A stretch of DNA of 64,000 bases from Candidatus Parcubacteria bacterium (GCA_025999335.1 AP024681.1:523547-587546); one strand, 5' to 3'; positions 43,351-52,818 are shown, numbered from the stretch's first letter. Numbers and translations: made by a program. Notes: generated from the letters alone by a model not told the origin.

Positions 43351-45144
43351 AATTTTCCCTGCGGAGGAGAAAGATTAGAAAAAGGAAAAACATACATCAT
43401 TAGATGGGAGTCCAATGGTGTTTCACATGTTTATCTTAAATTAAGAAAAGGTAATGATGCATACCCAGGACAGGAAGGAATGATATCCGGTATTATTTTT
43501 AATACAGGATTTTATCAGTGGACAGTTCCCAAAACATTACCATATGGAAATGATTACAAGATTAGGGTGATTGATGCTGATTTAATATCTTCAACAAATG
43601 TAGACACAGGACCTGTTATTGATGATAGCGATGCTTCATTTAGTATTGTCTCTTCAACAACTACTCCTTCAATCAGAGTTATTTCACCTAATGGAGGAGA
43701 AAATTGGACTATCGATTCTTATCAAAAAATAAAATGGAGCGCACTCAATGATAAAACAGTTAGTATTTATTTAAAAAGGTATATTTCTTGTCTTTATGCT
43801 CAGCCTAAGTGTCGATTAACAGAACCAATGCCTATAATTATTGCTGAGAATATTCCAAATATAGGTGAATATGATTGGCAAGTTGGGAATATTGTTAAAA
43901 AATTTGAATATCAAACTTTATCTTCAGGTAGTTATATTATTGAGATTAGAGGAAATAATTCAGGAGAAGTAGATGTTAGTGATAAACCGTTGCAAATTGT
44001 TTATACAAATAGTCCTTTAAATCCTTCAAAACAAGCTTGTATTCAGGCTACAACTTTTGCTTATGATCCTAAAAATCCATCAAAATGTCAAGAATTTTCA
44101 ACACCTTGCGATGTTCCCGAGGGTTGGCTAACAACAGATAAATGCCAACAAAAAAATACTTTCTTAGAACCTATGGAGGTGCCAGTATTGGTTATAAAAT
44201 ATTATCCTACTCAAAATGGACGAACTATTGATACTTCCATTACTTTGGATATTCCTCAAGGAAGAACTATCAAAGAACAAGATGAAATCACCAATAGTTT
44301 GAATAAAAAATTGATAAAAGCCCTAACTGAAGGAAGTAAATATCATGGTTATAAAAATTCTAATGCTTTACCTTTTTTAACTTATAAAGTGATTGCAGAA
44401 AAGACATTTTTGAAAAGATTACCTTTAACTGATAACAAAATAATAGATTACTTTAGTATTATGAAAGATCTTAATGTTTGTGATTATGTTGATAATAAAG
44501 GGGTTAAAGAAATTTGGATTTGGGCTTATGCTAGCAATTACGAAATAATGTGGGAATCTAATTTTTCATCTATTTATGGTGATATAAGTAATAGCAATCG
44601 AGACCCTAATGATTTGCCTGTTTGTAAAAAATCGTATACTGTTTACACTTATAATTATGGCAGAGAATATGCTACGGCTTTGGAGAATCATGGTCATCAA
44701 ATAGAGCATATCTTAAATTGGATTGATGGTCGAGATATAACACCAAATGATCAATGGGATAAGCTTTTATTCTGGGGTAAATTTGTTGGGCGAAATTTTG
44801 AAAATAAAATACTGCCTCCTGTTTCTGCTTGTGGTTGGATTCATTCTCCGCCAAATACAGAAAAAGATTATCATTGGTATGAGAAAACCCAAGTATTTTC
44901 AGACTGTGAGGATTGGAATCCAAATAGAACAGGCAAGAAAAAACCTGTAAACTGCGTTACCTGGACTGGTAATTCTGAATGTAAAGATGATGGCGGAGGA
45001 GAAATGTTTAAAATTTGGTGGATGCAAAATATTCCTGGCTATAAAAATGAGCTTTACTATAATAATATCAAACTAAGAAATTGGTGGGAATTTATTGGCG
45101 ATTTTGATGAAGCTTTGAAAATAGGGAAAAGTTTGACTTACTGA
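43351..45144 (+). CDS. Secreted Cys-rich beta-sandwich protein. Apparently 5'-truncated; the first ATG is at 43480.
   Basis: The reading frame is open from 43351 with no start codon. The upstream in-frame sequence …KTYIIRWESNGVSHVYLKLRKGNDAYPGQEGMISGIIFNTGFYQWTVPKTLPYGNDYKIRV is one coherent Ig-like 'Y.W.VP...G.DYKIRV' module, so coding sequence precedes the first Met. No signal peptide is present. A second Ig-like module follows, then a Cys-rich C-terminal region. Confidence 0.4.
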   Translation, partial: NFPCGGERLEKGKTYIIRWESNGVSHVYLKLRKGNDAYPGQEGMISGIIFNTGFYQWTVPKTLPYGNDYKIRVIDADLISSTNVDTGPVIDDSDASFSIVSSTTTPSIRVISPNGGENWTIDSYQKIKWSALNDKTVSIYLKRYISCLYAQPKCRLTEPMPIIIAENIPNIGEYDWQVGNIVKKFEYQTLSSGSYIIEIRGNNSGEVDVSDKPLQIVYTNSPLNPSKQACIQATTFAYDPKNPSKCQEFSTPCDVPEGWLTTDKCQQKNTFLEPMEVPVLVIKYYPTQNGRTIDTSITLDIPQGRTIKEQDEITNSLNKKLIKALTEGSKYHGYKNSNALPFLTYKVIAEKTFLKRLPLTDNKIIDYFSIMKDLNVCDYVDNKGVKEIWIWAYASNYEIMWESNFSSIYGDISNSNRDPNDLPVCKKSYTVYTYNYGREYATALENHGHQIEHILNWIDGRDITPNDQWDKLLFWGKFVGRNFENKILPPVSACGWIHSPPNTEKDYHWYEKTQVFSDCEDWNPNRTGKKKPVNCVTWTGNSECKDDGGGEMFKIWWMQNIPGYKNELYYNNIKLRNWWEFIGDFDEALKIGKSLTY

Positions 45145-45572
45145 ATAAATAATTTTTTTATTTTCAGTTAGATATTTTTTAATTAAATTTTGTTTCTAAA
45201 TTAGTTTTTAATTCATTAAGTAATCTTTTAGTTTCATCAAAAAATTTTCGTTGTTATTATAATTTTCAGTATAGAAAACAATTTTTAATTGATTTTGAGC
45301 AATTAGTTTTATAGTAAAAATTTCTTGAAGTTGAGAAGATATATTCAAATCTTTAGCTATCTTATTGTAAATATTTTCGATTTCATAAACAGATAATTTT
45401 TCAACTTCACCGCTAATATTAAAAAATGTTTTTTCTTTGAATTTCAGAAAAATTAAGTTTAATTTTTTTGTTTGTTTAATTTCGATTTCTTGAGATATTT
45501 GGCGTTTTTGTTTGTTTTTTTAAATAATTTTTCAAAAAATTTCATTTTTCATTTTTTATTTTAATAAGACTT

Positions 45573-46844
45573 TTATAATTTTAAAATAGTTTTTTTGAAA
45601 TTTGAAAACCTGTTTTCTTTAATTGACTTTCTAATTTCTTTAAATAAATTCAAAATCCAGAACACATTATGTTCAGTTAAAAGTATAATGCCGTAAATTT
45701 CTTTTTCGCGAAGCAGATGACAAATATATGCTCGTGAATATTTTCTACAAATATTACATTTGCATTTGGGATCAATAGGTTTTTTATCTGTTAAATATTT
45801 ACTTGCTTTTAAATTAATTCTTCCATTAAAACTAAATCCTGTTCCATGCCTTGCCCATCTGGTTGGAATTACACAATCAAATAAATCAATTCCTTGTTCA
45901 ATTGAATTCAAAATATCATCAATTTCTCCAATTCCCAAAAGATGTCGTGGTTTTTTATAATCAAGATAAGGCAAAGCCCAACTTAAAACTTTAATAATAT
46001 CTTTTTTACTTTTACCCAAACTTCCACCGATACCAAAACCAAAAAAGGGAAGTGAATTAATAAATTGAGCCGATTCTTTTCTTAAATCTTCATATTCTCC
46101 TCCTTGAACAATTCCAAACAAAACTTGATTTTTGGTTTTACCAAATTCATCCAAGCATTTAATTGCCCATTTATGAGTTCTTTTTAATGCTTCTTTTGTG
46201 TATTTATAATCAGACAAAGGGGAAGTGCATTCATCAAAAGCAAAAATAATATCTGCGCCCAAAATTTTTTGAACTTTAATTGAAATTTTTGGAGATAAAA
46301 ATAATTTTTGTCCATTGTAAGGATCAATAAATTCAACACCATCATCATAAATTCTAACCAGATTCTTTTTTAATGCAGATAAACGCGGATTTTTATCACG
46401 CGGATTTACGCCGATATTATTTTCTGTGTATATCCCGTTTTTTTTATTTTCCGCGTAGTTCCGCGTTAGTTCTGCAGAGTTTTTCATTTCCTCAGGAAAA
46501 ATATCTGCCACTTTTCCAACCCCATGTTCCATTCCGAAACCCAAACTAAAAACCTGAAATCCTCCACTATCAGTCATTAAAGGATAATTAATATTTAAAA
46601 ATTTATGCAAACTACCAAATTTTTTAATAATTTTATATTTTTCCTGACGAAAAAAATGAAAAGTATTAATCATAAAAATTTCAGCACCAAATTTTTTAGC
46701 TTGTTCAAAACTTAAACCTCGAATACCACCTTTTGTTGCAACAATTGCTAAATTAGGAGTTTTAATTAAACCATGAGGTGTTTTAAAAATTCCTAATCTT
46801 GCTTTTGTTGTTTTGTCTTTCTTTAATATTTTAAATTTAAACAT
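45573..46844 (-). CDS. tgt: tRNA-guanine transglycosylase (queuine tRNA-ribosyltransferase)
   Basis: LMTDSGGFQ catalytic motif. Zn site CKCNICRKYSRAYICHL (CxCxxC...H). A low-complexity repeat insertion lies around 46380-46470. Confidence 0.8.
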   Translation of the reverse strand: MFKFKILKKDKTTKARLGIFKTPHGLIKTPNLAIVATKGGIRGLSFEQAKKFGAEIFMINTFHFFRQEKYKIIKKFGSLHKFLNINYPLMTDSGGFQVFSLGFGMEHGVGKVADIFPEEMKNSAELTRNYAENKKNGIYTENNIGVNPRDKNPRLSALKKNLVRIYDDGVEFIDPYNGQKLFLSPKISIKVQKILGADIIFAFDECTSPLSDYKYTKEALKRTHKWAIKCLDEFGKTKNQVLFGIVQGGEYEDLRKESAQFINSLPFFGFGIGGSLGKSKKDIIKVLSWALPYLDYKKPRHLLGIGEIDDILNSIEQGIDLFDCVIPTRWARHGTGFSFNGRINLKASKYLTDKKPIDPKCKCNICRKYSRAYICHLLREKEIYGIILLTEHNVFWILNLFKEIRKSIKENRFSNFKKTILKL

Positions 46845-46845
46845 T

Positions 46846-47724
46846 TTAGTAAAATATTGTTTTAATTTTTGGATAAGGAATCTTAAATTTAATTTTATGA
46901 GCCAAATTCCAAATTAAATTATCAACTAAATAAGACGGCAAAGCTAATTTTTTTGATAAATTTTCTCCTAAAATAATACTTGCCCACCTTAATTCATTTT
47001 CCAAGATTGAATGTGTTTTGATATTTTTTTTATTTTTTATTTTATTTAAAATGTTTTTTGGCAAAGAAATTAGGTTAAAGTTTATAAACAATTGTGGTAA
47101 TTTATAATCAACAAAAACAGTTAATTCTTCTAACTCAGTTTTGAATTTTTTATCTAGTTTATTACCAATAATAAATTCAAAATATAAAAGTTGGTTTGGT
47201 TTTAAAAAATAAAAATTTCGATAATAATCTTTAAATTTTTTCAAATAAAAAAGATTTAAACAAAATTTTAATGGATTTTTGTTTTCTTCAAAGTAATTTA
47301 AAAAATCACCATCATAATTTTTATTGAGCCAAGCTAAAGCTTGTTTGAAAATTTTATATCTTAAATTAGCTAAATTATAATTTTCTTTTGGTGAAATTAA
47401 TTTTCTAAAAATATCAAAATCTATTTTATTAAAATTAATATTGAATAAATTTTTTGTTTTTAACAAAAGTCCATAGAATCCTTTTTCGTTTTTAAATTGC
47501 CAATTTTTAGGAAATTCCCATAATCTAAAATCTAAAACTCTAAGAAAAAATAAGAAATTACTTAATTTTTTAAGCTCAATATTTTTTAAATATTTTTTAA
47601 ATTTATCAAAATCTTGTTTTTCTTTTTTTATTAACTTAAAAAAGTCTGTATTAATTTCATTTGTTTCTATAATCCTAAATTGATAATTTTTATTTTTGTC
47701 TAATATAAAATTTTTCAAACTCAT
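46846..47724 (-). CDS. Hypothetical protein, 292 aa, immediately downstream of tgt
   Basis: ORF only. Lys/Asn/Phe-rich. No recognisable motif. Confidence 0.3.
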   Translation of the reverse strand: MSLKNFILDKNKNYQFRIIETNEINTDFFKLIKKEKQDFDKFKKYLKNIELKKLSNFLFFLRVLDFRLWEFPKNWQFKNEKGFYGLLLKTKNLFNINFNKIDFDIFRKLISPKENYNLANLRYKIFKQALAWLNKNYDGDFLNYFEENKNPLKFCLNLFYLKKFKDYYRNFYFLKPNQLLYFEFIIGNKLDKKFKTELEELTVFVDYKLPQLFINFNLISLPKNILNKIKNKKNIKTHSILENELRWASIILGENLSKKLALPSYLVDNLIWNLAHKIKFKIPYPKIKTIFY

Positions 47725-47744
47725 TTATAATAATTATAAATATA

Positions 47745-49079
47745 ATGAAAAACTATTTAACTATTTTGGAAAAATTAATATCTTTTAAAACAGTTTCAGC
47801 TGATAGTTGCAAGATTAATGAATTTAAAAGAATTATTAATTTTATCAAAAGTATTTTAATAAAAGAAGGTTTTAAAATTGACATAATTGGCAAGCAACAT
47901 CCTCTTTTTATAGCTTCGAAATTTATTTCTACTTCTTCAAAAACTATTGGTGTTTATTGTCATTATGATGTTCAACCTGTTGAACCATTAGACCAATGGA
48001 ATTGCGATCCTTTTAAGATGGTAATTAAAAATAATAAAATTTATGGTCGTGGTGTTGCTGATGACAAAGGACATTTATCTCAAAATATTTCTGCTGTATT
48101 AGATTTATTAAAAGAAAAAAAATTAAAAAATAATATTATTTTTATATTTGAAGGGGAAGAGGAACTTGGCTCACTAAATTTTGAAAAATATGTTAATGAA
48201 GTTAAGAATCATTTAAATAAAGTTGATTTATTTTTATTAAATGATGTAGGTATGATAAAAAATAATGTACCAACAATTTATTATGCTTTAAGAGGAATTA
48301 TTTATTTTGAACTTGAAATTTGGACAGGTAGTAGGGATTTACATTCAGGAGTTTATGGTAATTTAGTTTATAATCCTATTCAAATATTAATTGAACTTTT
48401 TTATAGAATCAGAAATCTAAAAGGTAATTTGAAAATACCGAAATTTTATAATCAATGTAGAAAAATTTCTATAAAAGAAAAAAAAATGTTGATAACAGAA
48501 GAAAAGGATTTAAATACTATTAAAAAAGCAAGTGGAGTATTTGCCTTAAATCCTTTAGATAAAAATTTTCCTTTAATATCTTCCAAAATTCATCCATCTT
48601 TGGAGGTAAATGGTTTTATTTCTGGTTATACAGCAGAAGGACCAAAAACAATTATTCCAAATTATGCCAAAATTAAATTTTCCATAAGATTAATTGAATA
48701 TCAAGATCCAAAAAATATTATCAGTTTAGTGAAGGATTTTATTCATAACAATTTGCCATCACAAATTAAGTATTCCTTAAAAGTTTTATCAGCATCTAAA
48801 CCTTTTTATTGTGATTATAAAAATTATTATTTTAAAAAAGTTTCAAAAATTTTGGAAGAAGAATTTGGCAATAAATGTGTTTTTACTCGAGAAGGTGGTA
48901 GTATTCCTGCTGCTGAAATTTTGTTGACAAAATTTAACAAACCAATAATTTTAACAGGTTTTATTTTGCCTGGTTCAAACATTCATGCTCCTAACGAAAA
49001 TTTTGATTTAAAAAATTTCTTAAAAGGTATAAATGTATTAAAAAAAATTTATAGTTTTTATTTTTCAGAAAATGATTAA
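47745..49079 (+). CDS. M20-family metallopeptidase (ArgE/DapE/CPG2-like)
   Basis: Metal-binding motifs HYDVQPV, GRGVADDKG and EGEEELGS are present. Confidence 0.7.
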   Translation: MKNYLTILEKLISFKTVSADSCKINEFKRIINFIKSILIKEGFKIDIIGKQHPLFIASKFISTSSKTIGVYCHYDVQPVEPLDQWNCDPFKMVIKNNKIYGRGVADDKGHLSQNISAVLDLLKEKKLKNNIIFIFEGEEELGSLNFEKYVNEVKNHLNKVDLFLLNDVGMIKNNVPTIYYALRGIIYFELEIWTGSRDLHSGVYGNLVYNPIQILIELFYRIRNLKGNLKIPKFYNQCRKISIKEKKMLITEEKDLNTIKKASGVFALNPLDKNFPLISSKIHPSLEVNGFISGYTAEGPKTIIPNYAKIKFSIRLIEYQDPKNIISLVKDFIHNNLPSQIKYSLKVLSASKPFYCDYKNYYFKKVSKILEEEFGNKCVFTREGGSIPAAEILLTKFNKPIILTGFILPGSNIHAPNENFDLKNFLKGINVLKKIYSFYFSEND

Positions 49080-49986
49080 TAAAAGATTAAAAATTATTGC
49101 CGGACCTTGTTCTGTAAATAAAAACAATATTAAAGATATTTATGAAATTGCTGATTTGAAAATAAATAATCAAAAAGTTATTTGGGGATTAAGGGTTGTT
49201 GGTTTGAAATCAAGAACTAATTTTGTTAAAGATGGCAAAGGGATGGGCATTGATTTTAAAGATTATATTAATAACTTGCGACAAATAATTAAAAGTAAAA
49301 ATTTTAAAAATTTAAAGATTTTCAAAAGTATTAAGTTAGCCCAAAAAATTTATCAAGAGACAAAAATGTTGGTTGCCACAGAGGTAATGGATCCTTTAAT
49401 TCAGCCTTATTTATATGAAAAAATAATACCTGCTTATAAATTATTACTTTGGAATCCTGCTGTTAATCAACTTGGCTGGCCTATTTTTCTGATGAGTCAA
49501 TATATTAAAAAGAATAAATGGTATTTAGGCCTGAAAAATCCAAAATGGGTTGGTGATTATTTGAAAAATGTTGATAATCTAAACTATTCAGAACGAACAA
49601 CGATGGAAAGAACTTGGGAGGGTTTGGTAAGTTATGCTAATTTAGCAAAAGAAAGAATTATTTTAATTCATCGTGGTGTTGATGTGCCTGAAAAGAAAAA
49701 TTATCGTAATGCTCCTGTTCATTATTTAGCCTGGAGAGTAAAAAAACATACGGGATGTTTATTATTTTTTGACCCATCACATTCTCATGGGCCTCGAATG
49801 AGAGAAAAAATATTGCCAGCAACAATTAAGGCAATGAAAATTATGATTGATAATCAATATCTTTATGATGGCATTTTAATTGAAGTAGGTCATTCAGAAA
49901 CTGATACCGAACAACATATAAGTTTAGAAGAATTTAAAAATTTATGTCAAGAATTATCAAAATTTAGGGAGCTTGAATCACAATGA
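49072..49986 (+). CDS. 3-deoxy-7-phosphoheptulonate (DAHP) synthase-family TIM-barrel enzyme, short Thermotoga/Pyrococcus-like type
   Basis: KIIAGPCSV (metal Cys), KSRTN (compare KPRTS) and LLFFDPSHSHGPRMRE...DGILIEVGHSE (compare ILVDPSHSGGRRDLV...GIIVEVHPEP) are present in the same order as in class Ibeta DAHPS/KDO8PS. Confidence 0.55.
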   Translation: MINKRLKIIAGPCSVNKNNIKDIYEIADLKINNQKVIWGLRVVGLKSRTNFVKDGKGMGIDFKDYINNLRQIIKSKNFKNLKIFKSIKLAQKIYQETKMLVATEVMDPLIQPYLYEKIIPAYKLLLWNPAVNQLGWPIFLMSQYIKKNKWYLGLKNPKWVGDYLKNVDNLNYSERTTMERTWEGLVSYANLAKERIILIHRGVDVPEKKNYRNAPVHYLAWRVKKHTGCLLFFDPSHSHGPRMREKILPATIKAMKIMIDNQYLYDGILIEVGHSETDTEQHISLEEFKNLCQELSKFRELESQ

Positions 49987-50738
49987 TTTATGTTATTTCT
50001 TTAGGAGGTAGTATTTTAGTTCCTGAAGAAATAAATATTGGTTTTTTAAGAAAATTTAAAAATTTAATTTTAAAAGAAATTAATAAAAACAAAAAATTTA
50101 TTATTATTGTTGGTGGAGGTAAAACAGCAAGAAAATATCAAGAAGTAGCCAAAAAACTAACCAAAATTTCAAATGAACATTTTTATGATCCTTTCAAAAA
50201 TGCTATGGTATGTTATACAGGATTATTGAAAAAAGAATCAGTTAAAATTTTTAATGAAGATCTTGATTGGTTGGGAATTCATGCAACAAGAATCAATGCT
50301 CATCTTCTTTTGACTATTTTTAGAAAATATGCTTATTACAGAATTATCAAAAACCCAAAAGAAAAAGTTAACTTCAAAGAAAAAATTTTAATTGCTGCTG
50401 GTTGGAAACCTGGTTTTTCAACTGATTATGATGCTGTTTTATTAGCCAAAACTTATAAATCAGATACTGTAATAAACCTAACTAATGTTGACTATGTCTA
50501 TGATAAAGATCCAAACAAATTTAAGAATGCCCAACCTTTAAAAGAAATAAACTGGAAAGATTACTTAAAATTAATTGAAAATAAATGGATTCCTGGTATG
50601 TCAGCGCCTTTTGACCCAATCGCTTCAAAAATCGCTCAAAAATTTGGAATAAAATGTATCATTATTAATGGTAATAAATTAAATGAATTTCAAAGATTTT
50701 TAGAAGGCAGAAAATTTAGAGGAACAGTAATTAAGTAG
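49983..50738 (+). CDS. pyrH: Archaeal-type UMP kinase (amino-acid kinase family)
   Basis: YVISLGGSILVPEEINIGFLRKF...FIIIVGGGKTARKYQEVAKK closely parallels archaeal UMPK ([22 protein letters not shown]...[20 protein letters not shown]). Its start overlaps the upstream gene's end by 4 nt. Confidence 0.7.
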   Translation: MIYVISLGGSILVPEEINIGFLRKFKNLILKEINKNKKFIIIVGGGKTARKYQEVAKKLTKISNEHFYDPFKNAMVCYTGLLKKESVKIFNEDLDWLGIHATRINAHLLLTIFRKYAYYRIIKNPKEKVNFKEKILIAAGWKPGFSTDYDAVLLAKTYKSDTVINLTNVDYVYDKDPNKFKNAQPLKEINWKDYLKLIENKWIPGMSAPFDPIASKIAQKFGIKCIIINGNKLNEFQRFLEGRKFRGTVIK

Positions 50739-50807
50739 TACTTCCTTCTTAGATTTATCCACATTTTCAATTTGACATTAATAAAAAAATATATTATAAT
50801 TTGAGTA

Positions 50808-52025
50808 ATGGTAATAGAAAGTTTTAAAGGACAACACCAGCAAAAAAAGATAGAGGAATATAAGAAAACTGCTGAAGCAACCCCTTCAACTGTTGAGGAA
50901 ATTTTAAAAGATAAATCAAGCGCAGAGTTATTTTTGAAAATTTTAAGCAGATATGAAATTGGTAAAGATGGGCAGATGACAGCAAGAGAAACCGGTGATA
51001 ATCCTTTGGCCCAAAAAATTCTTAAAGGAGAAACATTGGAAGAAAATGAGCTTAATCAATTAATAGAATATCAAAAAAAAATTAAAGAAATAACAGACAG
51101 CAGTAAAGAAACATTTGACTTAATAAAAAAAGAAGGAGGAGTTGAATATTTAGCATCTTTGTCTCCAGAATTTAGTAAGATTATTCAACTGGTAGGACCT
51201 GCCAAAGCTTCTCAATTATTAGAAAATTATTTAGCTTCAGTTTTAGTAGAACAACCTGAAAAATCTGAAAATCTAGCTCAACAAATAAAAAATGTTAATG
51301 AGAAGAGACAAGAATTAAAAGAACTTGATCAAGAAATTACTAAGTTAGCAAAGCAATATGGAATTCCAGAAGAAGAGATAAAAAAATTTTATGAATTAGC
51401 TCCTATTAATTACACTGAAGCTTGGCGATATCTTAAACAGGTAGTTGATAAGCATAGATCTTGGTTTGACAAGATTCTTTTATGGCGAAAAAACGAAATT
51501 ATTGAAGAGAGAATGATAAAATTAAACAAAGTTAATGACATAAAAAAATTATTAGAAGGTACAGTAAGATTCAACACAGAGAGTCGTAAGCTTGAAAAAA
51601 TTAACGGTATTAATCAATATATAGAAGAAATAGGTAAGATAATTGGAAGCGCTTTTTTAGAAACAAATGAGGGACGGGAATTATTAATCAAAGCCGTAGG
51701 AGGAAAAGAAATTCCAACGGAGAAAAGCAAAGAAGCATTGGAGATAAGTTTTCAAGAAGCTGGTAAAGAGTATCAAAACTTAACGAATAAAGAATATTTA
51801 GAAGAAGAATGGTATAAATTTTTAAAACAGGCGAGAAAAGGATGGGAGAGTATGACTTATGAACAAGTAAAAAATGAGTTTGACAAAATAGAGAACCAAC
51901 AAGAAAAAGAAAATTTAAAAAGCCAATTTAAAGAATCTCTTAAAAAGAAAAGAAAAGGGTCATTATTTAATTTCTTATGGAGCTTATTGGAGAACAAGAT
52001 TAACACAATTTTATGGAACCAATAA
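50808..52025 (+). CDS. Hypothetical coiled-coil protein, 405 aa
   Basis: Glu/Lys-rich predicted helical protein. No catalytic motif. Confidence 0.3.
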   Translation: MVIESFKGQHQQKKIEEYKKTAEATPSTVEEILKDKSSAELFLKILSRYEIGKDGQMTARETGDNPLAQKILKGETLEENELNQLIEYQKKIKEITDSSKETFDLIKKEGGVEYLASLSPEFSKIIQLVGPAKASQLLENYLASVLVEQPEKSENLAQQIKNVNEKRQELKELDQEITKLAKQYGIPEEEIKKFYELAPINYTEAWRYLKQVVDKHRSWFDKILLWRKNEIIEERMIKLNKVNDIKKLLEGTVRFNTESRKLEKINGINQYIEEIGKIIGSAFLETNEGRELLIKAVGGKEIPTEKSKEALEISFQEAGKEYQNLTNKEYLEEEWYKFLKQARKGWESMTYEQVKNEFDKIENQQEKENLKSQFKESLKKKRKGSLFNFLWSLLENKINTILWNQ

Positions 52026-52300
52026 CCGAAGAATTTATAAAAATATTGACAACAGAGAGTGAAGAGAATATAAGAAATTGGATAGTTAATAATTTTGATA
52101 AATTGCCAGAAGATTTGCAAACAGCTATCTTAGGAACATTTTTTGAAGAGGCATTAAATACTGCCTCTCAAGATTTATCTGAAAGAACTGATTACTTTCA
52201 GCAGATTTTGGATACCCATCAAAATTTAATTTCTCTAAAGAAAAGATTAGAAGATAAAATAAGAGAATTACAGATAAAAGAAGAAATAGATAAACTGTAG
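52013..52300 (+). CDS. Hypothetical small protein, 95 aa, overlapping the previous gene by 13 nt
   Basis: ORF only. Confidence 0.3.
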   Translation: MEPITEEFIKILTTESEENIRNWIVNNFDKLPEDLQTAILGTFFEEALNTASQDLSERTDYFQQILDTHQNLISLKKRLEDKIRELQIKEEIDKL

Positions 52301-52465
52301 TTGGTATTCATTTATTTTTACAATTTCAAATTGATAATTTTTATTTTCACTTAAAATTTTCTCTTTCAGTTCCTTTGATGATTCTTTCAAAAACGCTATA
52401 GCGTATTATAGAGGATTATTAACAGAGAAACGATTATTAAATAAAAATTTTTATCTGAAAGTTTT

Positions 52466-52475
52466 TTGGTATAAT
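52466..52475 (+). promoter_or_regulatory. Extended -10 promoter element (TTGGTATAAT; TG at 52467-52468, TATAAT at 52470-52475) upstream of the intron-containing tRNA-Asn
   Basis: TGnTATAAT about 45 nt upstream of the tRNA 5' end at 52522. Confidence 0.4.
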
Positions 52476-52521
52476 AATTTATATAGACAAAGAAAGCACT
52501 CTAAAATTTTTTTTTAAACAC

Positions 52522-52818
52522 TCCGGGGTAGTTCAGTGGTAGAACGCGCGGCTGTACTTAGTGCAGCTTCCATCCGTAAGGATGGATGAAAAACAGGGTG
52601 AAAACGGTGAAGCCCTCTAAAGGGTAATACCGTGCCAGCCTAAGCTGAAAAGCTTTGGAAGGTGTAGAGACTATTCCTTAATGGAAGTAGGCTTAGTAAT
52701 TTTACTAAGTCGAAGCACCCCGCCCCAGTAAAACTGGGTGAAGATATAGTCCACTCCTTAAGGAAACTTAAGGGAAAGTGTAACCGCGATGTCGCAGGTT
52801 CGAATCCTGCCCCCGGAG
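52522..52818 (+). tRNA. tRNA-Asn(GUU) interrupted by a group I intron in the anticodon loop. Exons are 52522-52555 and 52781-52818.
   Basis: The 5' exon is identical to nt 1-35 of the tRNA-Asn at 32052. The 3' exon taaccgcgatgtcgcaggttcgaatcctgcccccggag completes the anticodon loop CTGT|TAA. It differs from the other copy only by a compensatory T-stem pair (GCAGG/CCTGC versus GTAGG/CCTAC). Confidence 0.8.
52556..52780 (+). ncRNA. Group I self-splicing intron, 225 nt, no ORF
   Basis: The 5' exon ends in U and the intron ends in G (omega-G). The internal guide sequence GCAGC at intron nt 8-12 pairs with exon GCUGU (P1, with a U·G wobble). R-like element AGAGACUA and S element AAGAUAUAGUCC form P7 (GACUA/UAGUC). 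P/Q-like GGGUGAAA and GCCCUCUAAAGGG segments are present. Confidence 0.7.

Noticed and set aside
43330-43375. A clean attR direct repeat of the tRNA-Asn 3' end at the island's right edge
   Set aside because: Only a gttcgaat octamer and a loose cccNgcggag resemblance exist. Serine integrases use a 2-bp crossover and need no long repeat, so I report it only as a possible remnant.
45145-45572. Possible minus-strand gene in the 430-nt gap upstream of tgt
   Set aside because: Only ATG-less or under-60-aa open frames in extremely A/T-rich, low-complexity sequence. Nothing supportable.
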